Source: Candidatus Thorarchaeota archaeon
GTDB lineage: Archaea > Asgardarchaeota > Thorarchaeia > Thorarchaeales > Thorarchaeaceae
Length of the DNA: 64,000 nucleotides
NCBI GenBank assembly: GCA_963726195.1
Contig: CAVSBO010000016.1
Location: forward strand, 1-64,000
Reading direction: 5' to 3'
Below, one piece after another: positions 37,645 through 47,385 of the stretch. The notes below the pieces were generated by a model, which did not search any database, had not been told where the DNA came from, and saw nothing but the letters and a program-made list of their open reading frames with translations. The position numbers and the translations under genes are program-made. Position 1 is the stretch's first letter. Each line of letters begins with the position of its first letter.

Positions 37645-39210
37645 CTAGCTCTCGTCTTCCTCTTGACCGCGTGCTAGATGCATGCGCCATGACAGAGTCA
37701 ATGTCTTCGGATGAGCGGCTCTGTACTCGTCAAGGCGTCCACGAGCGGTTGAGTGGGGCGCACTCATCACTAACTCAGGGTTCTGGTGCGCTTCTTCAGA
37801 TACCTGTTTTATGTCATCGATGAGCGCGTCGACTTCCTGCTTTGATTCCGACTCGGTAGGCTCGATCATCAATGCCTCAGGTACTATCAGAGGAAAATAG
37901 ATTGTCGGGGCGTGAATTCCAAAATCTAAGAGACGCTTGGCTACATTCATGGCTGCAACTCCTGTCTCTGCCTTAAGGCTCTCGGCGGAGAGGACACACT
38001 CATGCATTCGTGGTGTATCTTGAGAATAGGGCAGACTGAACCCGGGAATACGGCTGACATGGTACGCACAGTAGTTGGCGTTGAGAACTGCAGTCTCAGA
38101 TGCTCTCCTGAGGCCCTGTCGGCCCATGGCATATATGTACGAGTAGGCTCTGAGAAGGATACCGAAGTTGCCATAGAAGCCATGAACCTTCCCAATTGAA
38201 CGAGGAAGTTCATAGTTCAAGTCGAAAGCCCCATCCTTCTTCCTGATGATGCGCGGCACTGGCAGGAACTCTGCAAGATTCTGTTTCACTCCCACGGGAC
38301 CGGCACCAGGACCGCCACCTCCATGAGGAGTTGAGAATGTCTTGTGAAGGTTCAGATGCACAACGTCGAATCCCATGTCGCCTGGCCTGACGACGCCGAC
38401 GATAGCATTGAAATTGGCACCATCATAGTATAGCAACCCGCCTGCATCGTGCACAATCCCGGCAACCTCCTCGATGTTGCTTTCGAACAGTCCAATCGTG
38501 TTGGGATTGGTTAGCATCAGGCCGGCAGTGTGAGGACCCGCCGCACTCTTCAATGCGTCAAGATCAACAAGGCCCTCCTTGCTCGAGGGTATTACGACGA
38601 CATTATACCCAGCCATTGCCGCAGAAGCCGGATTCGTGCCATGACCTGCATCAGGTATCAGCATCTCATTTCGTTGGCTGCACTCATTTGTGACACACTT
38701 GTGGTACTGTCGGATGACGAGAACGCCCGTAAGTTCTCCATGAGCGCCTGCAGCTGGCTGGAGTGTAACTGCATCCATTCCGGTTATCTCTGCCAACCAT
38801 TGCTCGAGTTCCCACATCATTTCCAGCGCGCCCTGCGCTGTAGTAACATCCTGCAATGGATGAAGAGAGGAAAAGCCCGGATTTGCGGCAGCCCACTCGT
38901 TCACAGCCGGGTTGTACTTCATTGTGCAGCTTCCGAGTGGGTAAGTTCCAACACTGACAGCGAAATTCATCTGAGACAGTCGCGTATAATGACGTGTGAC
39001 TTGCAGTTCGGAAACTTCAGGCAATCTGGGACTCTCAGCGCGTTGCATTTCCTTGGGGAGAATAGTGTCTATCGAGCCAACTGCGTTCCTTATGCCTTCC
39101 TCCACAGACGGAAGGACGTGTCCAACGACACCGGACACCGACTTCTCGAAAATCAAAGGCTCATCCCACTTGGCTTGACGACCAGTACCACTGATAGTAT
39201 GATCAGCCAT
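37645..39210 (-). CDS. gcvPB: Glycine dehydrogenase (decarboxylating) subunit 2
   Basis: YPLGSCTMKYNP, QPAAGAHGE and LNLHKTFSTPHGGGGPG motifs. Confidence 0.96.
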   Translation of the reverse strand: MADHTISGTGRQAKWDEPLIFEKSVSGVVGHVLPSVEEGIRNAVGSIDTILPKEMQRAESPRLPEVSELQVTRHYTRLSQMNFAVSVGTYPLGSCTMKYNPAVNEWAAANPGFSSLHPLQDVTTAQGALEMMWELEQWLAEITGMDAVTLQPAAGAHGELTGVLVIRQYHKCVTNECSQRNEMLIPDAGHGTNPASAAMAGYNVVVIPSSKEGLVDLDALKSAAGPHTAGLMLTNPNTIGLFESNIEEVAGIVHDAGGLLYYDGANFNAIVGVVRPGDMGFDVVHLNLHKTFSTPHGGGGPGAGPVGVKQNLAEFLPVPRIIRKKDGAFDLNYELPRSIGKVHGFYGNFGILLRAYSYIYAMGRQGLRRASETAVLNANYCAYHVSRIPGFSLPYSQDTPRMHECVLSAESLKAETGVAAMNVAKRLLDFGIHAPTIYFPLIVPEALMIEPTESESKQEVDALIDDIKQVSEEAHQNPELVMSAPHSTARGRLDEYRAAHPKTLTLSWRMHLARGQEEDES

Positions 39211-40614
39211 TATCGTCGACCTCCTCGTGCCACGATGTCCTTGACCGCTTTGACAAGCTCGTCAATGACTGGCTTATTGTGCACCTCTGTTACACTGAAT
39301 AGCATTGATTCGCCAAGAGCCGGGAATTCGTTTGTCAGAATCGTACCGCCGTGCAAGTTCCGTGCAAGGAGACCCTCATGCACGGCGCGGGCCGACAGTC
39401 CCTTCTCGAATCTAACGACGAATTCTTTCCAGATGGATTTCCCAAGAGCGGGGGCCACGACGCCGGGTATGGAACCAAGTTCCTTAGCCGCGTAATTCGA
39501 TCTGTAGGCGATTGTCTCACCGACCTGTCGTAGTCCGGCAGGGCCAAGAAGTGAAAGGTAGATAGCACTGGTCACAGCAGCCAATGCCTCGTTCGAACAG
39601 ATGTTGCTGGTAGCCTTCTCTCTGCGAATGTGCTGCTCACGAGGGCTCAGAGTCAACACAAACCCGCGCTCGTACGGTTCTTCCATCGTCCTAGTCATGC
39701 CAACAAGCCGGCCGGGCATTTGGTAGACAAGCTTCCTATCCATGTTGCATCCAAACACTCCGAGGAGAGGGCCTCCATACGAAGTCGCCGACCCGAGTTC
39801 TTGGCCCTCGCCCACAACAATGTCCGCGCCATAGCTGCCCGGCGGCCTCATGATTCCCAGCGAGAGAATATCTACCCCAGCAATGAGCAGTGCACCTGCA
39901 TCATGTGCAATGTTGTTGATTGAATCGACTTGAGTCTCGATGAAACCCAAGTAGCTCGGGTTCTCAATGTAGACCCCTGCGACGCTTTCATCAATCTTCG
40001 ACTTGAGATCATTTGTTGACATCAGTCCTGTCTTGGGGTCGTAATCCACCTTCTGAACCTCGATATTGGCGGGCTCTGTATAAGTCAACAGCACCTTGTA
40101 GTGGCGGGGGTTGATTGTACCCGGGACCAGAATTCGTGAACGATGTGTGCCGATTCGGACTGCCATTCTTCCCGCTTCTGCAAGACCACTGGCCATGTCA
40201 TACATGCTGCTGTTCACGACATCAATATCCAAGAGCTCTGCCATGAGACTCTGATACTCAAACAGTGTCTGAAGCATTCCTTGGCTAATCTCAGGCTGAT
40301 AGCTGGTGTATGCAGTGACAAACTCCGACCGCCCCGCAAGGGCCCTGACAGCTGCAGGAATATAGTGTATTCCAACTCCTGAGCCAAGGAACATCCGGCC
40401 GTCTCCCATCAACCGGTTCTTGCTTGCCAGCTCTTGGATTCTTCGTGTTACATCAGAGCTCGCTGTGTGAATCAGGTATCTTGAGTTCTCTTCTGAGCCG
40501 GTATTTCTCCGGAATAGTGCTGAAGAGCTCTTCTATCGATGCGCGTCCAATCGACTTGAGCATCATCTCTTCATCGTCTTGCGTGATTGGGAGATAGGGA
40601 TGCCTGAAATCCAT
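39210..40614 (-). CDS. gcvPA: Glycine dehydrogenase subunit 1 (frame break at about 40456)
   Basis: MDFRHPYLP..IEELFSTIP upstream; TAYTSYQPEISQG and REQHIRREKATSNICSN motifs. Confidence 0.93.
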
Positions 40615-40757
40615 GATGGTGCACCAAGCCTGTTCTGATTTGATTTACGGCGCAATTCACAAACCAAATACGTCTTTGGATTAGTCGATGGGGGCCGCAA
40701 GCGATTGGCTTTAAATCGTCATGACTAATCCAGCAAGCGTCAGCGGGGATGATAGAA

Positions 40758-41078
40758 ATGAAACGCTGGTTGATGGACATCATTGCGTGTCCGCGTAGTG
40801 ACTGCAGAAACAAGCTCAATCTAGACGTATACAAGTCACGCAAGGTGGTTGTTGAGGGACAAAGCAGCGAGGAAATCGATGAGGCACTAATCACCTGTCC
40901 CAAATGTGGCCGCTGGTACCCCGTCATTGATGGAATTGCATGCATGCTTCCGGACGATTCAAGATTACAGGGACGACAGAAAACCGAAGAGACAGCCTTT
41001 CTAGAGAGGTGGAAAGACCGAGTGCCAGTCGATATCCTCAAGAAGGGAATACCTTTTGGTCTGGCATCCCAAAGCTGA
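40758..41078 (+). CDS. trm112: Trm112-like methyltransferase activator
   Basis: MKRWLMDIIACP..CPKCGRWYPVIDGIACMLPD. Confidence 0.88.
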   Translation: MKRWLMDIIACPRSDCRNKLNLDVYKSRKVVVEGQSSEEIDEALITCPKCGRWYPVIDGIACMLPDDSRLQGRQKTEETAFLERWKDRVPVDILKKGIPFGLASQS

Positions 41079-41110
41079 TATATCCAGCGCGAAATGCGCG
41101 TGGTAGCATT

Positions 41111-41215
41111 AGCCCCGTGGTGTAGTGGTCCAGCATCCCGGGCCTTGGAGTCTCATGGCTTCGCGCTATGCGATGAAGAACCCCGGAAACCAAGGTTCGA
41201 ATCCTTGCGGGGCTA
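41111..41215 (+). tRNA. tRNA-Gln (probably TTG; anticodon loop one base short) with an intron at about 41148-41180
   Basis: Gln-type A1-U72 acceptor AGCCCCG/CGGGGCT-A and TTCGAAT T loop. Intron GAAG would pair with CTTT, implying one T was lost. Confidence 0.75.
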
Positions 41216-42082
41216 TCCTCCCCGTCCTTCTCTCTCTTTGACGCTCATTTCCGGCGGCGAATCCGTCATCTGGACCTTGAACAGCCTCTTGACTTGAGAA
41301 AGAACAAGCCGATCGCCGTTCACCAATACCTCTATTGCAACGTAGTCGACCAATCCAGAAGTCGATACCTTCTTCTCAAGAACGGCTTCGACCTGAAAAA
41401 CCCCTGCGGGATTGTCCATATCAACTGATATCGAGAGCGGTTTCTCCGTGCCATGTTCCAAGATGACATCATTGATTGCCATGGCACTCACCGAGTGTAT
41501 GTCGACCTTGCCTTGCTGATAAGGTATCGATGTCCTCCCTTTCGTCATATCGCAGCCATCACCCAATTTGGTAACGCCGGCCTCGAAAGTCAGACACTGT
41601 GTGTCGTCATCGTGTGCATATACGCCGTGAAGCACGAAGGAGAGTATGTCAGTCGCTTTCGCGGGATCGTCGTAGAGTGCTCCAAGCTTCTCTTCTAGGA
41701 TACTGCTAGCAAGAAAGACCCCAGCTTGTGGATGTTCGGCGCGATGAACAACCATGCCTATGTCGTGGAGGTAGGTCGAAGCAAGAACAACCGTGCGAGC
41801 ATCGTCAATATCGCCTATTCCTTCCGCGACAACATTGGGCTGGAAAGTTTCACTCAATATGTCGAAAGCCGTGAGAGCATTCCATGTGCTGACCTCTGCA
41901 TGAGTTGGCCCGTGGTCAGTGTACCCCAAACGCGAGACCGCCATTCGGTTCGCACTTCGCAGATACGTCTGGACCTTTGGTGACATGCTTAGGTATTGAT
42001 ACATTTCCAGCGCCTTGGTACCGGGACTCAAGAGACTGCGGACGCTGACCCTTTCCCTGTCGAATGCTGTTCCTCTTCCCAT
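41213..42082 (-). CDS. HD-domain metal-dependent phosphohydrolase
   Basis: RLGYTDHGPTH, YLHDIG, HR..H, AHD, DGCDMTKGR and DIHSVSA motifs. Confidence 0.88.
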   Translation of the reverse strand: MGRGTAFDRERVSVRSLLSPGTKALEMYQYLSMSPKVQTYLRSANRMAVSRLGYTDHGPTHAEVSTWNALTAFDILSETFQPNVVAEGIGDIDDARTVVLASTYLHDIGMVVHRAEHPQAGVFLASSILEEKLGALYDDPAKATDILSFVLHGVYAHDDDTQCLTFEAGVTKLGDGCDMTKGRTSIPYQQGKVDIHSVSAMAINDVILEHGTEKPLSISVDMDNPAGVFQVEAVLEKKVSTSGLVDYVAIEVLVNGDRLVLSQVKRLFKVQMTDSPPEMSVKEREGRGG

Positions 42083-42151
42083 GGCTTTACTCCCCGTGCA
42101 GCTTGTTAGATATTCGCCAGATTTGATAAGAATTGCTGAACGGCTCTGATA

Positions 42152-45109
42152 CTAAACCTCACCTGCTTCCTCCTGAATGGTGAGCAGTATCCGGTCTGTG
42201 GCAGCTACGGCTTTCTTGACTGCTTTGAGGTAGTCCTGACGTGTCCTTTCGAAAGCACCAGAACTAATCTTCTGCTTCTTTCTGCGAAGTAGGAGTTGCC
42301 TAAGACCTGCTTTAGCACCAGCAATACGTTCGTCTTGAAGATCCAACTGAGCTATCATGTCCCTGTACTTGGGTCCATACGAAACAACCTCATTCTTGAG
42401 CTCAATCAGGTCCTTCTCGACGGTGTCTGTTTGTGACTTGATGTCGCCTTCGCGAATCATGAACTCTCTCTGACTGACCTTGCCCCTCTTCCGTCCGTCT
42501 TCCAGCTTTTCAAGTTCTAGCTCAAGTGATGTCTTCTTCGAGTAGGTTGTAGCGAATTTCCGCAGAAGCTCAGGCGGGGCTTGAGCTTGCTTCGTCGTCG
42601 CGGCAGATGTCTCTTTCCCGGTCTCAGCTGTGGTCGCTGTCGCCGCCCAGAGTTTTCTGTAAGACACGTAGGCTATCGCCACGAGACCCACAATCAGTGA
42701 GAATGCCAGCGGTCTTGCTATGGTCCATACAGATATGTCATAGCTCAGCAACAACGCCGGGACATTGTACGCCGTCGTGTTGTATGCTGTGTACCTGAAT
42801 ATAGTGCTGAAAATACCGTAAAGGAGTCTGTAGCCCGGAGATATGTCTCGTACACTGGCCGAGAGTGGCAGAATCAAATTGATGATATGGCTAGTGACTC
42901 TCATATCGCCCAAATTGGTCATGGGGATTGTCAGGACATCACCGTTGGGAGTTGAATTGTAATGAGCTGAGGACAACACTCTGTATGAAAGCTGGAAAGT
43001 ATAGTGTTCTCCGGGCAGGAAGGCGTCCCCAAATCGGTCGGTCTTGAGGTCGACCGTTAGGTGAATCGTACTATTCCACGACTTGCTCTGAGCAGAAATC
43101 TCTGTCGATGTGAGGAGACCTACCACATCGTAGATCTTGATGTCTGAAGAATATGCAGGCATAGTAATGTCGAATGTGGTCTCAGTTGCAGGTCCAGTGT
43201 TGTCAATTGATACGGTCTCTTGGTACGTCAACCATCCCCAAGGATCCACCGTGATATCGGTCTCTCTAGTAGCAATCAGCAACGGAGAATACGAAGTCAT
43301 TACAAACGCAAATGGCTCTATTGTCATGGGAGGTAGATAGCTGACGTGGCCCTCGGGAGAAGACGAGACGGGAGTATCGCCGCTCATAAGAGCAAAAGAC
43401 AATGTGGCGTACAGAATAACGTACGGAACGACAGGATACTTCAAGAACGATATCTGGTAGGTATTTCCACTGAAGGATACCAGAGTATCGATAGAGTGGA
43501 AGTACATCGTGGTTTTGACAGTGGACGACTCTTGGAATCCGGCGGGCTCAAAGAGATAGATTCTCCAATGCATCAGCCCGGCACTATCATTGAGTTGTAT
43601 GCTGCTGAGCATCCTGTTGGACCCATCAACAGCGGTCAGGGATAGGAAATGCGATGCAAAGGTGACGGGCAGATACACTTCGAACGCGCCAATCGGGGCT
43701 GAGCCGTTGTTCGTAATTGTGAAAACATCTACAACCCGTGTCGTGTGATACGACAAATCGGCAATTGTTCGACTGACACTGAGATGCATTCCCAACAACG
43801 AAACGTACGGCCGATTGATGGTGAGATTAAGCATGAGAACTGCTGTTAGATTTGACGGATCGGTCGCATTGAATCTGAACAGGTGAGTTCCATTGGCGTA
43901 CTTGGTCAGTTCGAACGCCGACTCCCACATTGATGTCTGGAAATTGTAATTCAGCCTCGTCCAGTTCCCTTGGTCAATCTTGCAGGAAGCCCTCCTGACA
44001 TATGTGTTGTCAGTCGCGTTCAGCAATATGGTAGTGACCCAGGTAAGCGATTCATTCGCTTTTGGACTCTGAAGCACGAGCGTTGGCGCAACATTGGGTA
44101 TCATCTGAACTCTCAGAGGGAAGGACCAATCACTGTGCTGAGTAGGCAGAGCAGTAAAGTCCTCACTGTTAGAGAACATGAGAACAAACGGGAACCTTAA
44201 GCTGGTTGAATTCAGTAATGGAACACCGGCTGAGCTCGTCCTGTTCATCTTGATGTAGTACTCGACCTCAGTGGTGACGCCATCGTCACTGGCGTTGGCC
44301 GATAGTACTCTGCTCTGATTTGCGTAGCTCAGGTGCTGTAATGTGCTTATTCCGTGATGATAGCTGTAGGAAATTCGACTGGCGTGAGCAGGGTTATCAA
44401 AGGTCGAGCCGATTCGAGTAACTTGAACGATATACTCCAGATCCTGACCATACAATGTGTCTGTCGGATCTGTGTAACCTTTGGATGCAGGAATTATGAA
44501 ATGCCGTACTTCGCCTATTCGCATGCCGATAATGTTGTCCTTGTAAGCCTGAAGAAGTGATTCGCTGCTGAATGCTGTCGTGGAGGAGTCGTCAGGTGCA
44601 TTTCCTTCCTGGATGAGGGTACCGTTCCTCATGAGTAGCTTGTAGTGTACCGTAATCGGTTGAGCACCTGTCACCCTCTGGTAACTTGAATGGGGGGTTC
44701 CGGGTGCACACCCGAAGACCAAGTCACTCCCGTTGATGCCCTCTGTTGCGAAGTCCAAGGTGCTGTTCTTCCACCCAAAAGCAATCCATCCAGAAGTGTG
44801 AACAGACAAGCCGACGAAGAGGACTGTCGAATTGTGCTCGAGATAGATGGTTATTCCCGTGACAGAATCGGTATAGTTGTAGGCATACTCAGTCGGGTCT
44901 ATAATCCCGTCCGCATTACCATAATGAGCATCCACATAGGGGACCGAGGCGTTCAGCGAAGATCCAGCTACAGTTACGCCTCGTTGTGTGTTCCGAGCTT
45001 GTGCTTGGGAAACAATAGACTCTCTCGATGGTACCATTATCATGATGCAGCTCGTAACGAGCAGCACAAGGAGCATCAGGGTGCTAGCCCTTCTACACAG
45101 CAGGCTCAA
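42152..45109 (-). CDS. Ribophorin I (Ost1)-like type I membrane protein with an N-terminal DOMON-like domain containing an FKBP-like insert and an Ig-like domain
   Basis: Signal peptide; GWIAFGW..GSDLVFG (DOMON); VHYKLLMRNGT..IGMRIGEVRHFIIPASKGY (FKBP); ITVDPWGWLTYQE (ribophorin); TM helix; cytoplasmic coiled coil. Confidence 0.72.
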   Translation of the reverse strand: MSLLCRRASTLMLLVLLVTSCIMIMVPSRESIVSQAQARNTQRGVTVAGSSLNASVPYVDAHYGNADGIIDPTEYAYNYTDSVTGITIYLEHNSTVLFVGLSVHTSGWIAFGWKNSTLDFATEGINGSDLVFGCAPGTPHSSYQRVTGAQPITVHYKLLMRNGTLIQEGNAPDDSSTTAFSSESLLQAYKDNIIGMRIGEVRHFIIPASKGYTDPTDTLYGQDLEYIVQVTRIGSTFDNPAHASRISYSYHHGISTLQHLSYANQSRVLSANASDDGVTTEVEYYIKMNRTSSAGVPLLNSTSLRFPFVLMFSNSEDFTALPTQHSDWSFPLRVQMIPNVAPTLVLQSPKANESLTWVTTILLNATDNTYVRRASCKIDQGNWTRLNYNFQTSMWESAFELTKYANGTHLFRFNATDPSNLTAVLMLNLTINRPYVSLLGMHLSVSRTIADLSYHTTRVVDVFTITNNGSAPIGAFEVYLPVTFASHFLSLTAVDGSNRMLSSIQLNDSAGLMHWRIYLFEPAGFQESSTVKTTMYFHSIDTLVSFSGNTYQISFLKYPVVPYVILYATLSFALMSGDTPVSSSPEGHVSYLPPMTIEPFAFVMTSYSPLLIATRETDITVDPWGWLTYQETVSIDNTGPATETTFDITMPAYSSDIKIYDVVGLLTSTEISAQSKSWNSTIHLTVDLKTDRFGDAFLPGEHYTFQLSYRVLSSAHYNSTPNGDVLTIPMTNLGDMRVTSHIINLILPLSASVRDISPGYRLLYGIFSTIFRYTAYNTTAYNVPALLLSYDISVWTIARPLAFSLIVGLVAIAYVSYRKLWAATATTAETGKETSAATTKQAQAPPELLRKFATTYSKKTSLELELEKLEDGRKRGKVSQREFMIREGDIKSQTDTVEKDLIELKNEVVSYGPKYRDMIAQLDLQDERIAGAKAGLRQLLLRRKKQKISSGAFERTRQDYLKAVKKAVAATDRILLTIQEEAGEV

Positions 45110-45295
45110 GACTTGTCACCGTGGATTAGATTGTGAGCGACGGGTCGCCTCTGGCCCAAGGTGTCGCAAACAATGCGGTCGAGTTTATGGATTCGTTAAA
45201 TACGTTTCGTAGATACGAAAGTTGTACTTTGAAGGCCACGGTCCGAAAAGTGTAATAACCGGACAAAAGGCCACTCCGCCGTCGAAGGTTTCTAC

Positions 45296-46330
45296 ATGGT
45301 CATGATACTCATAGCTTTCGTGGTGTCATTCCTGATTGTAATCACAGTCATCCCTAGGACCATAAGGATGTTTATAGAGAAGGGATGGACAGGAATCGAT
45401 GTCCACAAACCGCACAAGCCTGAGATCCCAAAGGGGGGAGGAGTAATAATCCTCTTTGCAATAGTGACGAGTCTGCTGTTAGTCGTAGGCATCACCACAT
45501 TTCAGGAAAATGTGGCATCCCCGTTTCCTTTGGCTGCCCTCGTGTCCATTCTAATGGCGGGCATGATAGGAGTTCTGGACGACAATCTGAATTTCAGGAA
45601 CAGAACAAAAATAGCGCTGCCTATGCTTGCATCGATTCCGATGGTAGCGATGGCAGTCGGCAAGCCCACGATGACGCTGCCTATTATCGGGACAGTGAAT
45701 CTAGGTGTCCTTTACCCTCTTGTCGTCGTACCCCTCTTCATGACCTTCATTATCGACGCAACAAATATGTACGCAGGCATGAACGGTCTGGAAGCTGGAC
45801 TTGCCAGTGTCAATTCCTCGGCACTCATCGTCTATGTGATGCTAACACCCTTCTTCACCGGTGAGACCATGACAGAAGCAGGCACCTACGCTGCGACGAT
45901 TGCGGCAGCACTGTTTGGGGCGTCGATTGCGTTCCTCGTTTTCAATAGGTATCCGGCAAGAATCCTTTCAGGCGATGTCGGCAACTTGCCGCTCGGCGCG
46001 ACTATTGCGGCCGCACTCATCCTCGGAAACATGGACCGCCTTGCGGTGATACTCTTCCTTACATACTTTGTCAACTTCATGCTGTATATCTTCTACAGAA
46101 TACATGTCAGGCGCTCGGGCGGGAAATATGCCAAGTTCGCCTCTCCTCGAGATGATGGAACACTCGAAGTCGTGGGGCCGTACACGATGTACTGGATATT
46201 GCCGTACCTGTCAAAGACGATGACTGAGAAGAGAAACGTGAAGCTGCTTGTATTGCTTCAGGTCATAGTGGCCTACACGGGTGTGTTCCTGCTCCTATTC
46301 GCTAAACCATTGGGTTTAGCCTGGTTCTAA
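45296..46330 (+). CDS. UDP-GlcNAc:dolichol-phosphate GlcNAc-1-P transferase (AglH/DPAGT1, GT4/MraY family)
   Basis: GIDVHKP, IPKGGG, GVLDD, NMYAGMNGLE and FNRYPARILSGDVG motifs. Confidence 0.88.
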   Translation: MVMILIAFVVSFLIVITVIPRTIRMFIEKGWTGIDVHKPHKPEIPKGGGVIILFAIVTSLLLVVGITTFQENVASPFPLAALVSILMAGMIGVLDDNLNFRNRTKIALPMLASIPMVAMAVGKPTMTLPIIGTVNLGVLYPLVVVPLFMTFIIDATNMYAGMNGLEAGLASVNSSALIVYVMLTPFFTGETMTEAGTYAATIAAALFGASIAFLVFNRYPARILSGDVGNLPLGATIAAALILGNMDRLAVILFLTYFVNFMLYIFYRIHVRRSGGKYAKFASPRDDGTLEVVGPYTMYWILPYLSKTMTEKRNVKLLVLLQVIVAYTGVFLLLFAKPLGLAWF

Positions 46331-47385
46331 GCCAGCTTGCCGGCCAAGTACGTGTCGACCACGTAGTCCATACCATATCTGCTGAAGGCCTGCTGCTCCG
46401 CTTTCCTTCGCAGCTGTCTGAAAGCTTGTATATGCTGTTGCCATTCGGGTCCGGTGTATCTTGAATCGAGAGCCAACTCGTCAAGTCGCTTCAGATCTGC
46501 ATCAGTCATCGAGTCACAAGGTAGCGAGTACTTATTGATATCTTCTGGTGTGACACCAATCCATTTGGCATCAGGAATCGTGAGCCCCTTGATGTGGGCC
46601 GCGTTCGCGCTACCAGCAATGATTACCTGCGCAATGTGCATTCCCCAAGGGTCCCCATCTGTGAAGACGTAGACAGGCAAACCCAGTCTATCATGAAGAC
46701 CACGCATTAGTCGCCGAGTTGATCGCGGGGCCTGCCCTCCGAGATGGATTAGCACTGCTTTGAACCGTTCCCAAGCTCTCGTCTCGATTAGTCTGGCAAA
46801 CATTCCTCCGCACTCCACAGCAAGCACGATTTCCGCATCAGTCTTCACAGGCTCAGCTGTCATCAATGCAGGCCCTATTGGCAGACCATCCGGACTCATG
46901 GTAAGGTCAACTTCGCGTCCGCAATATCCGGGCACTGTGTACCGCATTGTCACTTGGCCATATACCGATGAATGCTCTTCCGGAAAGACACCAAAGTCTT
47001 CTCGAGCTATCCCGGTAAGAGATTCAAGGTCAGCCACTATGCGGTCGGACTCGGCTTGATCAACGAACTTGACACCGAATGCTTCGCTTGAGTAGTAAAG
47101 GTCTCTCAATGAGCTTGTCCGTGAAGAATCCAACAGATTCTTCGCAAACGATGCAACCCAGACCAGTTGAGCAAAGCTCCTGACATGTCGTACGTTGCTT
47201 GAGTCTCGCAATACGCGAGCACTACCCAGGACAAACTGCCCCTCTTCTGGGTCGAAGATTATGTTTCCCGTACTCCTGTCAGGTATCTCAAGTCGTGGAA
47301 AGTCATCATTAAGTATGCTCTGAACGACCTGCTTCCCTAGTTGAACAAGAGTGTCACGACTGCTATTCGACTCGGTCATCACCAC
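46327..47385 (-). CDS. top6A: DNA topoisomerase VI subunit A
   Basis: LRDLYY, toprim FTDGDPWG and KAEQQA motifs. Confidence 0.95.
   Translation of the reverse strand: MVMTESNSSRDTLVQLGKQVVQSILNDDFPRLEIPDRSTGNIIFDPEEGQFVLGSARVLRDSSNVRHVRSFAQLVWVASFAKNLLDSSRTSSLRDLYYSSEAFGVKFVDQAESDRIVADLESLTGIAREDFGVFPEEHSSVYGQVTMRYTVPGYCGREVDLTMSPDGLPIGPALMTAEPVKTDAEIVLAVECGGMFARLIETRAWERFKAVLIHLGGQAPRSTRRLMRGLHDRLGLPVYVFTDGDPWGMHIAQVIIAGSANAAHIKGLTIPDAKWIGVTPEDINKYSLPCDSMTDADLKRLDELALDSRYTGPEWQQHIQAFRQLRRKAEQQAFSRYGMDYVVDTYLAGKLA

Noticed and set aside
38530-39495. 321-aa plus-strand ORF and similar long antisense ORFs (e.g. 5685-6422, 15966-16598, 30416-31057)
   Set aside because: These are shadow ORFs opposite well-supported genes.
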